Below, in pieces: positions 54,914-64,000 of a DNA stretch of 64,000 bases. The position numbers and the translations under genes were made by a program. The stretch spans positions 224,001-288,000 of the forward strand of contig CAWEYG010000003.1 of assembly GCA_963813155.1 (NCBI GenBank), given 5' to 3'. The stretch is from an uncultured Acidobacteriota bacterium. GTDB lineage: Bacteria > Acidobacteriota > Thermoanaerobaculia > UBA5066 > DATFVB01. The first letter of the stretch is position 1. Each line of letters begins with the position of its first letter. A model generated the notes under the pieces. That model searched no databases. It had not been told where the DNA came from and saw only the letters and a list, made by a program, of their open reading frames with translations.

Positions 54914-56341
54914 CATCGACCCCGCGCGCTGCGGCCGCGGCGGCGTTCTCTGGATCTCGTCGGCGGCCGTCCTCGCGCGTCCGGCCGCGCCGATCGCACC
55001 GGTGAAGGCTCCGACCGCGGCGGCGATCGTCGCGGTCGACCGCGGCCACGACTGGCCGAAGTATTGCGCGGACCTCGAGATGACCGGCAGGGCAAGCCGG
55101 GAGACGAAAATCTCGCCCGCCTCGGCGGCGACCCTGACGCGCGCGTGGCAGATCTCGCTCTCCGGCATCGATCGGCTCCACGCCCACGATCGTTGCGGGG
55201 TCGGTCTACATCGGCGATTGGGGGGGAATCGAATGGAGACTCGACGCCGCCACCGGCGCGGTTCTCGCCCACGCGGACCTCGGCACGACCGTCGCCGCGC
55301 AGTGCGGTCCTTCGAACCTCGGCATCACGTCGGTTGCGGCTTACGCAAACGGCAGGCTCTATCTCGCCGGGGGCGACGACTCCTTCTACGCTCTCGATGC
55401 GCAAACGCTCGAGACCGCCTGGAAAACGAAGCTCGGAGACAATTCAGCGGCGGGCGGCTATTACGGCTGGAGCTCGCCGGCGCCTCTCCCCGGGAAGATC
55501 TATCAGGGAGTCTCGAGCAACTGCGACAACCCTTTCGTCGCGGGAGAAGTCGTCTCCCTGGATCCCGCGACGGGGACGGTCGTCGACCGGGAGAATCTGT
55601 CGCAGACTTCCGACCCTTCGCATTTCGGGGCGGGCGTCTGGTCCTCGCCCGCGATCGATCTCGATTCCGGATCGGTCTTCGTCGCGACCGCGTCGGCGTA
55701 CCACTACGACGACGGCCTCGCGTACTCCATCGTCCGGCTCTCTCTGGACGACCTCGCGGTGCAGGACTCCTGGAAGATCACTCCCGACGACTTTGCCGAG
55801 ACGGCCGACCCGGACTGGGGATCGTCCCCAACCCTGTTCCACGACGCGAACGGGCGGCTTCTGGTCGGCGCGAGCCAGAAGAACGGCAAGTACTACGCCT
55901 TCGATCGCGCAAACCTTGCGCAGGGGCCCGTCTGGGAAACGCCCGTGGCGATCCCCGGCCCGTGCCCGCAGTGCGGCCAGGGAAGTATTTCAACGGCGGC
56001 CTTCGACGGAACCTGGCTCTACGTGGGAGGCGGGAACACCGGCTTTCCACGCTTCGACCCCGGTGGCGGTGACCGCGCTCGATCCGGCGACGGGCCGCGT
56101 GATCTGGTCGTATTCCTGGCAGCTGCAGGGCCCCGTCCTGGGACCGGTTTCGGTCGCCAATGGCGTCGTGTTCGCGGCGGCAGGAACGTCGTGCTTCGCT
56201 CTGGACGCCGCGAAGGGAACCCTGTTGTGGAAAGCGGACACGGCGGCGATGGTGTACGCGGGGGTCGCGATTTCCGACGGCCGCGTCTTCTTCGGCGATA
56301 CGGCCGGCAACCTTTATTGCTACGAGATCCCGAGACCCTAG
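54910..56341 (+). CDS. PQQ-binding-like beta-propeller secreted protein (frameshifts near 54945, 55167 and 56062)
   Basis: Repeats LDAATG, ALDA, VWSSPAID, ALDPATGRVIW, ALDAAKGTLLW, GDTAGNLY across frames. Confidence 0.8.
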
Positions 56342-56356
56342 CGGGCCGCAGAGAAT

Positions 56357-57430
56357 CTAGCCGCGGGCGGGAAGCAGAGCTTCTTTGGCCAGGTGCGCCG
56401 CTCCCTTCAGCGAGAACGGAAGCGAAGACGTCATGAAGCACGAGTGGGTGCACCAGCATTCCCGGTTCGCGATCTTCCGGCGCATTTCCGTCGCTTTCGG
56501 CGAAAACCATGCCTTTCGAAACGAATAGTCGAAATCCCGGATGTTGCCGACTTCCCACTGGACTTCGCAGAGCGAGACCGTCCCCTCGGGATTGAGGACG
56601 CCCGAGACGCTTCCCGCGTAGCACGGATAGACCATTCGCTCCTGCTCCAGCGTTTCGAGCTCCGCCGTTCGGGCCGCGACCTTCAGTCGTTTCAGCACCG
56701 GCGAGTAACCGCCGAACCCGTTCCAGTAGGGCCGGAGGAAACGAAGGCTCTCGGCGTATTCGGCGGGAGTCAGCGCCCGGATCGTCGGGTCCGGAAACGG
56801 TGGCCGAAGCAGCTCGAAGGAGTGGAAATCGATCTCCGGAAGGTTCGCGCCGACCCACCCCGTGATCTCCGGCAGGTCGTCCTTGTTGAACGACGCGAGC
56901 ACCGTCTGGACGTTCAGCGTGAACCCCGCTGTCTTTCGCTTGAGGGCCGCGAGGCGGCGGTACGTCTCCCCGACTTTCGGAAAGTTGCCCGGCGCGCCCC
57001 GAATCTCGTCGTGCTTCTCGAACAGGTGATCGAGCGAGAGCCCGACGGTGAATGTCTGGCGCTCGTCGGCGCGCGACTCGAGCACGCGGGAGACGATCGC
57101 CTCCACCTGCTCCGGGATGAGGGAGTTCGTCGGCATCGTGACGTTCGAGGCATCGTGCCGGCGGTAAAGGATCCGCGTGATCTCCGGAAGGTCGCGGTTG
57201 AGCGTCGGCTCGCCGCCCGTCAGGACGACGGAATAGAGCTCCCCCAGGTCGGCGAGCGAGCGGTCGTATTCCTCGAGGGAGAGCTCGAGATGCCGGTTCA
57301 CGTTGAGGTGGTCCCAGTAGAAGCACGTCACGCATTTCGAGTTGCACAAATTCGTCATCCCCAGGATCAGATACCGGGGAAGCGTCTCGCGGCCCTGGAG
57401 CCACTGGCCGGCCAGGTGGGCCCGGTTCAC
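56357..57430 (-). CDS. Radical SAM protein with SPASM/twitch-like C-terminus
   Basis: CNSKCVTC, TGGEP; C-terminal CYAG...GTVSLCE...CWCTHSC. Confidence 0.88.
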   Translation of the reverse strand: MNRAHLAGQWLQGRETLPRYLILGMTNLCNSKCVTCFYWDHLNVNRHLELSLEEYDRSLADLGELYSVVLTGGEPTLNRDLPEITRILYRRHDASNVTMPTNSLIPEQVEAIVSRVLESRADERQTFTVGLSLDHLFEKHDEIRGAPGNFPKVGETYRRLAALKRKTAGFTLNVQTVLASFNKDDLPEITGWVGANLPEIDFHSFELLRPPFPDPTIRALTPAEYAESLRFLRPYWNGFGGYSPVLKRLKVAARTAELETLEQERMVYPCYAGSVSGVLNPEGTVSLCEVQWEVGNIRDFDYSFRKAWFSPKATEMRRKIANRECWCTHSCFMTSSLPFSLKGAAHLAKEALLPARG

Positions 57431-58437
57431 GGCGTCGCCTTCGCGACCGGGCCGGTGGACGCCGGCCGCCGGCCGAACGCCGCCCGGAAAGCCCCGGCGA
57501 CCAGGCCGGCGAGCGTCGCGACCCAGTAGTTCGCGTGGTGAACCGCGAAGACGAACGGGGCAACGGGGAACAACGCCGGGTCCCGTCGCCAGATCGGGAA
57601 CGAGAGCGCCCAGACCCCCGCCGCGTAGAGCCCCGCCGCGATCGCAACGAAGCGAATGCCGAGGAGCGCCGCGAGAACCGCCACGGCAGGGCCGCCCGCG
57701 AGGAACGCGAAAATCAATCCCCGCGGCAGCGCCGAGGGCTTTTGAACGAGCAAAAGGCCGGTCTTCCAGCGGTACCGCCACCGCTGACGCAGGAAAGCCG
57801 AGGGAAAGGCGCGCCGGTCGTGAAAGACCACGAGGCCGGGATCGAGCACGGGCGTCTCCCCCGCGGCAAGGGCGCGCCCCACGAAGTCCGTGTCCTCGCC
57901 GATGTAGCCCAGGGTTTCGTCGAAGCCGCCGAGCGAGTCGAAGAGCGACCGCGCGACGACGAGATTGCACAGCGCCAGGTCCGAGGCGCGCCGGACTTGG
58001 CCAGCCCGAGGCGACCGCTCGTGCGCCGCCACATGGGAGCCGATCACGGGAGTGGCGAGGAGGAGGTCCGAAATCCGCTCCGGGAACGGCGCGCCCGAAG
58101 GCAGGAGATCGGGCCCTCCGAAGAGCGCCGCCGTCTTCGCCGTTTCGGCCGCTCTCGCGATCCAGTCGGGCGCGGCGCGGGCATCGTCGTCGAGGAACGC
58201 GAGGAATTCTCCCGCCGCGAAGTCCGCCGCCCGGTTTCGCCGCAGCGCGGGATTCCGGTCGGGCGACCTCACCCACCCCACGAGCAACCTCGAAAGCGGA
58301 GGCGGTTCCGTCTGCGACGCGACGAGCACCTCGAAGGGCGGCGCGCCGACCTGTTCCTCCAGCGAACGCAGGCATGCGAGCAGCGCCGGACCGTCCCGGT
58401 CCGACGCGATCACGACGGAAATCGCCGGTTTCGCCAC
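57427..58437 (-). CDS. GT2 family glycosyltransferase with C-terminal TM helices
   Basis: ISVVIA, RN, FLDDD, GGFDE, GEDTD. Confidence 0.88.
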   Translation of the reverse strand: MAKPAISVVIASDRDGPALLACLRSLEEQVGAPPFEVLVASQTEPPPLSRLLVGWVRSPDRNPALRRNRAADFAAGEFLAFLDDDARAAPDWIARAAETAKTAALFGGPDLLPSGAPFPERISDLLLATPVIGSHVAAHERSPRAGQVRRASDLALCNLVVARSLFDSLGGFDETLGYIGEDTDFVGRALAAGETPVLDPGLVVFHDRRAFPSAFLRQRWRYRWKTGLLLVQKPSALPRGLIFAFLAGGPAVAVLAALLGIRFVAIAAGLYAAGVWALSFPIWRRDPALFPVAPFVFAVHHANYWVATLAGLVAGAFRAAFGRRPASTGPVAKATP

Positions 58438-58483
58438 GCCGCCATCATAGACGCGTCTGGATATAATCGCGAGCGGAGGGGGA

Positions 58484-59503
58484 ATGGGCCAACTCACGCA
58501 GGATCAGCGGTTGGAGCTGTACCGGTTCATGCGGATGAACCGCGTCGTGGAAGAGCGGCTCGTCAACCTCTACCGGCAGGGGAAAGTCGTCGGCGGCCTG
58601 TACCGTTCGCTCGGCCAGGAAGCCACCTCCGTGGGAAGCGCGTTCGCGCTCGAGGACGGAGACGTCCTGAGCCCGCTCATCCGCAACCTGGGATCGGTTC
58701 TCGTGCGGGGGTTCGCTCCGCGAGAGCTCTTCGCGCAATATCTCGCGCGCCAGACCTCCCCTTCCGGAGGCAAAGACGGAAACCTCCACTTCGCGTCCCT
58801 CGACCGCGGCGTGATCGGGCCGATTTCGATGCTGGGAGAGCTCATTCCGATCATGGCGGGCGTCGCCCTCGCCGCGCGCATGCAGCGGAGAAAAACCGTC
58901 TGCCTCACTTACATCGGAGACGGCGCGACCTCGACCGGCCCTTTCCACGAGGGAATGAATTTCGCATCCGTGCAGAAACTTCCCCTTGTCGTCGTGGGCG
59001 AGAACAACCACTGGGCCTACTCGACGCCGATCTCCCGGCAGATGGCGTGCGCGAACCTGGCGGACCGCGCGAAAGCCTACGGAATCCCGAGCGCGATCGT
59101 CGATGGCAACGACGTGGAAGCGGTCCACGCCGCGACCCGGGAAGCGGTCGACCGGGCCCGGCGGGGCGAGGGCGTCACGTTTCTCGAGGCCGTCACCTAC
59201 CGGATGAAGGGCCACGCCGAGCACGACGCACAGGAGTACGTCGACCCGGGCGAGCTCGAGGAATGGAAGAAGAGAGATCCGATCGACCGCTATGCCGAAA
59301 GCCTCGTCGCGGGGCGATTCGCGTCCGCGGACGAACTGCGCCGCATCGACGAGAGAGTGGCAGCGCTCGTCGACGAGGACCTGCAGAAGGCCGAGGCGGA
59401 TCCGCTTCCCGACCCGCTTGAGGCGCTCCGGAACGTTTACGCGGAGCGCCCCGCCGACGCGGAGCGGTCCGCGCTCCGTTACGCGGACGAGAGGGCTCAT
59501 TGA
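58484..59503 (+). CDS. 2-oxoacid dehydrogenase E1 alpha
   Basis: GQEA, TPP motif GDGATS...NN, YRMKGHAEHD. Confidence 0.93.
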   Translation: MGQLTQDQRLELYRFMRMNRVVEERLVNLYRQGKVVGGLYRSLGQEATSVGSAFALEDGDVLSPLIRNLGSVLVRGFAPRELFAQYLARQTSPSGGKDGNLHFASLDRGVIGPISMLGELIPIMAGVALAARMQRRKTVCLTYIGDGATSTGPFHEGMNFASVQKLPLVVVGENNHWAYSTPISRQMACANLADRAKAYGIPSAIVDGNDVEAVHAATREAVDRARRGEGVTFLEAVTYRMKGHAEHDAQEYVDPGELEEWKKRDPIDRYAESLVAGRFASADELRRIDERVAALVDEDLQKAEADPLPDPLEALRNVYAERPADAERSALRYADERAH

Positions 59504-60474
59504 GCGGAACGACGTACGTCGAGGCGATTCACGACGCGCTCTGGGAAGAGATGGAGCGGGACGACCGGGTTTTCATCCTCGGAGAGGACGTCGGCGTCTA
59601 CGGCGGGGCGTTTCGCGCGACCGCCGGAATGGCGGAGCGATTCGGGAGGGAGCGGGTCCTCGACACGCCGATCTCGGAGGACGCGATCGTGGGGGCGGCG
59701 ATCGGCGCCGCGATGATGGGGCTGCGGCCCGTCGCCGAGATGCAGTTCATGGACTTCATCGCGTGCGCCTTCGACCCGATCACGAACTTCGCCGCGAAAT
59801 CCCGATACCGCACCGGCGTGGGGATTCCGATCGTCGTTCGCGGCCCCTCCGGAGGCGGAGTCCACGGCGGGCCCTTCCACTCTCAGAATCCGGAGGCCTA
59901 TTTCACCCACACGCCCGGCCTGAAGGTCGTTCAGCCGGCCACGGCGTACGACGCGAAGGGGCTGCTCAAGGCCGCGATCCGCGACGAGGACCCGGTGATT
60001 TTCTTCGAGCACAAATATCTGTACCGGCGGATCCGCGAGGAGATCCCGGCCGGGGACTTCGTCGTCCCGATCGGGAAGGCCCGCATCGCCCGGCCGGGGC
60101 GCGACCTCTCGATCATCACCTACGGAGCGATGGTCTGGGTCGCCCTCGACGCCGCTCGCCAGCTCGAAACGGAGGGCATCGACTGCGAAGTGATCGACCT
60201 TCGCACGTTGCTCCCGCTCGACGACGAGACCGTCTTCGAATCCGTCGGAAAGACGAACAAGGCCCTCGTCCTGCACGAAGACACGCTGACCGGCGGCGTC
60301 GGGGCGGAAATCTCGGCGCGCCTCGCCGAAAAATGCTTCGACAAGCTCGACGGACCGATCCTCCGCGTCACCGCCCCCGACACTCCGGTTCCGTTTTCTC
60401 CTCCGATGGAGGAGTTTTTCCTTCCGAATGCCGAAAAAGTCGCCCGCGCGGCCCGAGCGCTGGCGGGGTACTGA
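59500..60474 (+). CDS. 2-oxoacid dehydrogenase E1 beta
   Basis: GEDVG..GGAF, DTPISE, EMQF.DF, FHSQ, EHKYLY. Confidence 0.94.
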   Translation: MSGTTYVEAIHDALWEEMERDDRVFILGEDVGVYGGAFRATAGMAERFGRERVLDTPISEDAIVGAAIGAAMMGLRPVAEMQFMDFIACAFDPITNFAAKSRYRTGVGIPIVVRGPSGGGVHGGPFHSQNPEAYFTHTPGLKVVQPATAYDAKGLLKAAIRDEDPVIFFEHKYLYRRIREEIPAGDFVVPIGKARIARPGRDLSIITYGAMVWVALDAARQLETEGIDCEVIDLRTLLPLDDETVFESVGKTNKALVLHEDTLTGGVGAEISARLAEKCFDKLDGPILRVTAPDTPVPFSPPMEEFFLPNAEKVARAARALAGY

Positions 60475-60485
60475 AAGGAGACTCG

Positions 60486-61871
60486 ATGGCCACCGATGTC
60501 ATCATGCCGCAGATGGGCGAGTCGATCGCCGAAGGCACGATCACGAAATGGATCAAGAACGTCGGCGACTCGGTCGCGCGCGACGAACCGCTCTTCGAGA
60601 TCTCGACCGACAAGGTCGACGCGGAGATTCCCTCGCCCGCCGCGGGCACCTTGCTCGAGATCCTCGTTCAGCCGGGCCAGACCGTCGGCGTGAATTCGGT
60701 CGTGGGGCGAATCGGAGAATCCGGCGAAAAGCCGGCCGTAAAGCCCGAGCCGCCCCCCGCGGAGGCGCCGAAGGCGGCCTCCCCGGAGCCGCCCAAAGCG
60801 GCGCCCGCGACGCCCGCCGAGGCCCCAAAGGCCGCGGCTCCCGCTGCCCCGAAGCCCGCCGAGAGTCGGGAAGCCCCGAAGGCGGCGGAGGCGGCCCCGG
60901 CAACTCCGGCACCGGCCGCTTCGGCGCCGTCGTCCTTCGAGGAGAGGATCCGGACGAGGTCCTCGCCCCTCGTGCGGAAGATCGCCGCGGAAAACGAGAT
61001 CCCCATCGGCGAGGTCGAAGGAACGGGGATCGCCGGACGCGTGACGAAGAACGACATCCTGTCCTTCATCGACAATCGCAAGGCCGCCCCGCGACCGAAG
61101 CCCGCTCCGGCAGCCGCCCCCGCGGCGGCCCCGGCGGCCCCGCCGGCTCCGGCCCCTCGCGCCGCCCGGGACGAAGTCGTCGCCATGTCGGTCATGCGGC
61201 GCAAGATCGCCGAGAGGATGGTCGAGTCCCGCCGCACGTCGGCGCACGTCGCGACGGTCTTTTCGATCGACTACAGCGCGATCGACCGCCTCCGCCAGGC
61301 GAACAAGGAATCGTTCCTCGCGGCCAACGGCGTGAAGCTGACGTTTCTGCCGTTCATCTTCCAGGCCATCACTTCCGCGCTCAAGAAATATCCCGAGCTC
61401 AACGCCTCCATCGACGGGGAGGACATCGTCTATCACCGCGACGTTCACCTCGGAATGGCCGTCGCGCTCGACTGGGGCCTGATCGTCCCGGTGATCAAGA
61501 ACGCCGACGAGAAGTCGATCCTCGGTCTGGCGCGGGCGAGCCAGGACCTCGCGGAGCGAGCGCGGTCGAAGAAACTCAAGCCGGAGGAGGTCGCCGGAGG
61601 AACGTTCACCGTGACGAACCCGGGAGTCTACGGGTCGCTCTTCGGCACGCCGATCATCGTTCAGCCGCAGGTCGCGATCCTGGGCGTCGGCGCGATCGAG
61701 AAGCGGCCGGTCGTCGTCACGGACGCGAACGGAAACGATTCGCTCGGGGTTCGCACGATGGGTTACCTCGCGTTGTCGTTCGACCACCGGCTGATTGACG
61801 GCGCGGTGGCCGACCAGTTCATGGCGGAGGTCAAGAAGACGCTGGAATCCGGCAGCTTCTCCCTCGCCTGA
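60486..61871 (+). CDS. 2-oxoacid dehydrogenase E2 (dihydrolipoamide acyltransferase)
   Basis: Lipoyl domain ISTDKV, E3-binding GTG.AGRVTK.D, DHRLIDG. Confidence 0.94.
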   Translation: MATDVIMPQMGESIAEGTITKWIKNVGDSVARDEPLFEISTDKVDAEIPSPAAGTLLEILVQPGQTVGVNSVVGRIGESGEKPAVKPEPPPAEAPKAASPEPPKAAPATPAEAPKAAAPAAPKPAESREAPKAAEAAPATPAPAASAPSSFEERIRTRSSPLVRKIAAENEIPIGEVEGTGIAGRVTKNDILSFIDNRKAAPRPKPAPAAAPAAAPAAPPAPAPRAARDEVVAMSVMRRKIAERMVESRRTSAHVATVFSIDYSAIDRLRQANKESFLAANGVKLTFLPFIFQAITSALKKYPELNASIDGEDIVYHRDVHLGMAVALDWGLIVPVIKNADEKSILGLARASQDLAERARSKKLKPEEVAGGTFTVTNPGVYGSLFGTPIIVQPQVAILGVGAIEKRPVVVTDANGNDSLGVRTMGYLALSFDHRLIDGAVADQFMAEVKKTLESGSFSLA

Positions 61872-61875
61872 GCCG

Positions 61876-63108
61876 TTGCCGGAAAAGAGGGATCGGGCGC
61901 TACTCTTCGCCGTCGCGTTCGCGGCCCGCCTCGCGGCAGCCGCCGCGCGCGGCCTGCTCTCGGTCCGGTTCGGGGACTCGCTCGCGTACGTCAGTGCGGC
62001 CCAGAGGCTCGTCCGGGAGGGCTCGTACCCGGGCAACACGGACCGGTTCTTCTTTCGGGCGCCCGGATATCCCTTCTTCCTCGCCGCCAGCACGCTCGGC
62101 CATCCCGGGTGGATCGCGCTGGACAAGGTCTGGAATGCGCTTCTCGGCGCCCTGTTCGTCGTCGTCCTCGCAGCGATCGCCCGCCGCGTGTTCGCGAGCC
62201 GGGAAGTCGCGCTCGCGGTCGGGGGAATCGCGGCCCTCCATCCCCCGTTTCTCTTTCTCGGTTCCCAGATCCAGAGCGAGCCGCTGTACCTCGTGCTCGC
62301 GGCGGCCGCGGGCTTTCTCCTGCTCGTGTGCGTCGACCGGCCGTCCTCGGGAATGGGCCTGCTCGCCGGCGGTTCTCTCGCCCTCGCGTCCCTCGTTCGC
62401 CCTTCCGCCCTCGTCCTTTTCCCGCTGCTCGCCGCTCCCCTGTTCGATCGGCGCTACCCCCCGAGGGTGCGCCGGGCGCTCGCGGGCTCCGCGGTGCTCG
62501 GCTTCTGCCTCGCTCTCGCGCCCTGGACGCTGCGAAACGCCGTCCGCTTCCACGCGGTCCTGCCGGTCAACGACGAGGCAGGGTTTACGTTCTACCAGGG
62601 AAACAGCGATTGGAACGTTCGGTTCTACCGGCTCCGGTCGGGCGACGACTACCGAAAATGGATCGCGGAGATGAATCTCGCGATGCAAAGCCGATGGGGA
62701 TCCGACATCCCGGGGCTCGCGGACCCGAACCCCTCGCGGCGATCCTTCGCGCTCGCGGCGGCGGGCATTCGCTGGGCGCGAGCTCACCCGCGGGAAGAGG
62801 CCTGGCTGCTGGGAAAGAAAGCGCTGGAGTGGCTCCGTCCCGGCGCGAGCCCTCTCGTTCGAAGCCGGACGGTCGTCGCGCTGACGACGATCTACTACGG
62901 AGCTCTTTTTCTCGTGGCGGCCGTCGGCCTCGCGACCGCGCGGCGGCGCGGAATCGTCGGCTTCTGCATCGCAACGCTCGCGATCACCATGGCCCTCCAC
63001 GTGGCGCTCCTCGTTCTCCTCCGGTATCGAATGGCGTCGTGGGATCCGATCTTGATTCTGTACGCTCCGTCGGGCATCCTTCGGGTCCTCGGGGGAATTC
63101 GCCGTTGA
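61876..63108 (+). CDS. ArnT/PMT-like (GT-C) membrane glycosyltransferase
   Basis: Multi-TM; DS..Y, RAPGYP, SEPL, LVRP, PWTLRN. Confidence 0.78.
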   Translation: MPEKRDRALLFAVAFAARLAAAAARGLLSVRFGDSLAYVSAAQRLVREGSYPGNTDRFFFRAPGYPFFLAASTLGHPGWIALDKVWNALLGALFVVVLAAIARRVFASREVALAVGGIAALHPPFLFLGSQIQSEPLYLVLAAAAGFLLLVCVDRPSSGMGLLAGGSLALASLVRPSALVLFPLLAAPLFDRRYPPRVRRALAGSAVLGFCLALAPWTLRNAVRFHAVLPVNDEAGFTFYQGNSDWNVRFYRLRSGDDYRKWIAEMNLAMQSRWGSDIPGLADPNPSRRSFALAAAGIRWARAHPREEAWLLGKKALEWLRPGASPLVRSRTVVALTTIYYGALFLVAAVGLATARRRGIVGFCIATLAITMALHVALLVLLRYRMASWDPILILYAPSGILRVLGGIRR

Positions 63109-63797
63109 AGACCGTCGACGTTCGGCAGCTCGGAAGGATCGAATACGGGCGCGCGCTCGCGCTGCAGGCCGAAGCGGCCGAGCGGTGCCGTTCCTCCGGA
63201 GCGGAGACGCTGTTCCTCCTCGAGCACGATCCCGTCTACACGCTCGGACGAAACGCCGATCCGGGCGAGATCCTCTTCACGCCGGGCCGCCGCGCGGAGC
63301 TCGGAATTTCCCTCTACGAAACGGACCGCGGGGGCCGGGCTACCTACCACGGTCCGGGGCAGCTCGTCGGCTACCCGATCCTCGACCTTTCGCCCGACCG
63401 GCGCGACGTCCGCCGATACGTCCGGGACCTCGAAGAATCGCTCATCCGGACGCTCGCCGAATTCGGAATCGAGGGAAAGCGAAGCCCGTTGAAAGACCGC
63501 GTCACCTCCGTCTGGGTCGGCAACGACAAGATCGCCGCGATCGGGGTTCACCTCTCGCGGTGGATCACGACGCACGGCTTCGCCCTGAACGTGGCGACGA
63601 ACCTGGAGCATTTCCTCGGAATCATTCCGTGCGGAATCACGGACGGCGGCGTGACTTCGATGGAACGCGTTCTCGGCCGCCGCGTCGACCCGGCGGAAGT
63701 CGGCCGCGCCTTTCTCGGACATTTCGCGGAGATCTTCGGGCGGCGGATTTCCGCCCCGGCGCGCGAGCTCAGCGCACCATTCGCCGGATCGTCTTGA
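63105..63797 (+). CDS. lipB: Lipoyl(octanoyl) transferase
   Basis: LEHDPVYTLG, DRGGRATYHGPGQLVGYP, KIAAIG, HGFALN, IIPCG. Confidence 0.95.
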   Translation: MKTVDVRQLGRIEYGRALALQAEAAERCRSSGAETLFLLEHDPVYTLGRNADPGEILFTPGRRAELGISLYETDRGGRATYHGPGQLVGYPILDLSPDRRDVRRYVRDLEESLIRTLAEFGIEGKRSPLKDRVTSVWVGNDKIAAIGVHLSRWITTHGFALNVATNLEHFLGIIPCGITDGGVTSMERVLGRRVDPAEVGRAFLGHFAEIFGRRISAPARELSAPFAGSS

Positions 63798-64000
63798 CCG
63801 CCGCGTAGCGCTCGGCGATGTGCGGATCGTACGGCTTGTGCCGGGGGTTCGCCGCGACGTCGCGGTATTCCGCGTCGCAGCGGTAGCAGATCGTCACGGG
63901 ACCGATCCGCCAGGCCAGCACCCAGTCGACGAGCACCGTCGCGAGCAGGACCGGCGTGAAATAGATCCAGCCGTATTTCCACCCGATCGCGAGCGCGAGG
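63769..64000 (-). CDS. Membrane protein with ICYRC motif (5'-partial)
   Basis: Open frame ...VLVDWVLAWRIGPVTICYRCDAEYR...YDPHIAERY...* read on the minus strand. Confidence 0.65.
   Translation of the reverse strand, partial: LALAIGWKYGWIYFTPVLLATVLVDWVLAWRIGPVTICYRCDAEYRDVAANPRHKPYDPHIAERYAAVKTIRRMVR

Noticed and set aside
60740-61165. Repetitive GC-rich tracts in E2 (also the rpsA tail at 3700-3810)
   Set aside because: They encode ordinary Ala/Pro-rich flexible linkers and are not DNA repeat elements or CRISPR.

Overview
High-GC bacterial chromosome segment made up mostly of core genes. Gene order and protein families suggest Acidobacteriota, possibly Thermoanaerobaculia-like (inference). 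The left half (1-37.2 kb) is almost all on the + strand: scpB-rluB-cmk-rpsA-ihf-HIT-lpxB/msbA-yicC-gmk-rpoZ-coaBC-udg, then sod, priA-accA-recJ-lptC/A-lptB-rpoN-hpf-ptsN-hprK-rapZ-EIIA-ptsH-ptsI, miaB-DUF151, parA-parB and a fused lptF/G. A clear XerCD dif site lies at 34793-34820, 55 bp after a divergent ParA/ParB pair that has its own canonical sigma70 promoter. Gene orientation becomes mixed or mostly - after about 37 kb, so the window probably spans the replication terminus. The right half holds ahcY, a Tat-exported M24 peptidase, a PAS-GGDEF-EAL protein, a two-component/sigma54 module with a visible enhancer and -24/-12 promoter, tyrosine catabolism genes (hmgA, hppD), an ECF sigma/anti-sigma/DUF1573 locus, methylmalonyl-CoA mutase, a GT2/radical SAM pair, a 2-oxoacid dehydrogenase (E1a/E1b/E2) and lipB. 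Many genes have a TANNNT -10 box 6-9 nt before the start codon and no Shine-Dalgarno, suggesting leaderless transcripts, and these include three very compact divergent promoter regions. More than a dozen single-base frameshifts, including in conserved genes, most likely reflect long-read indel errors, so apparent fusions need caution. I saw no rRNA, tRNA, CRISPR array or transposase.
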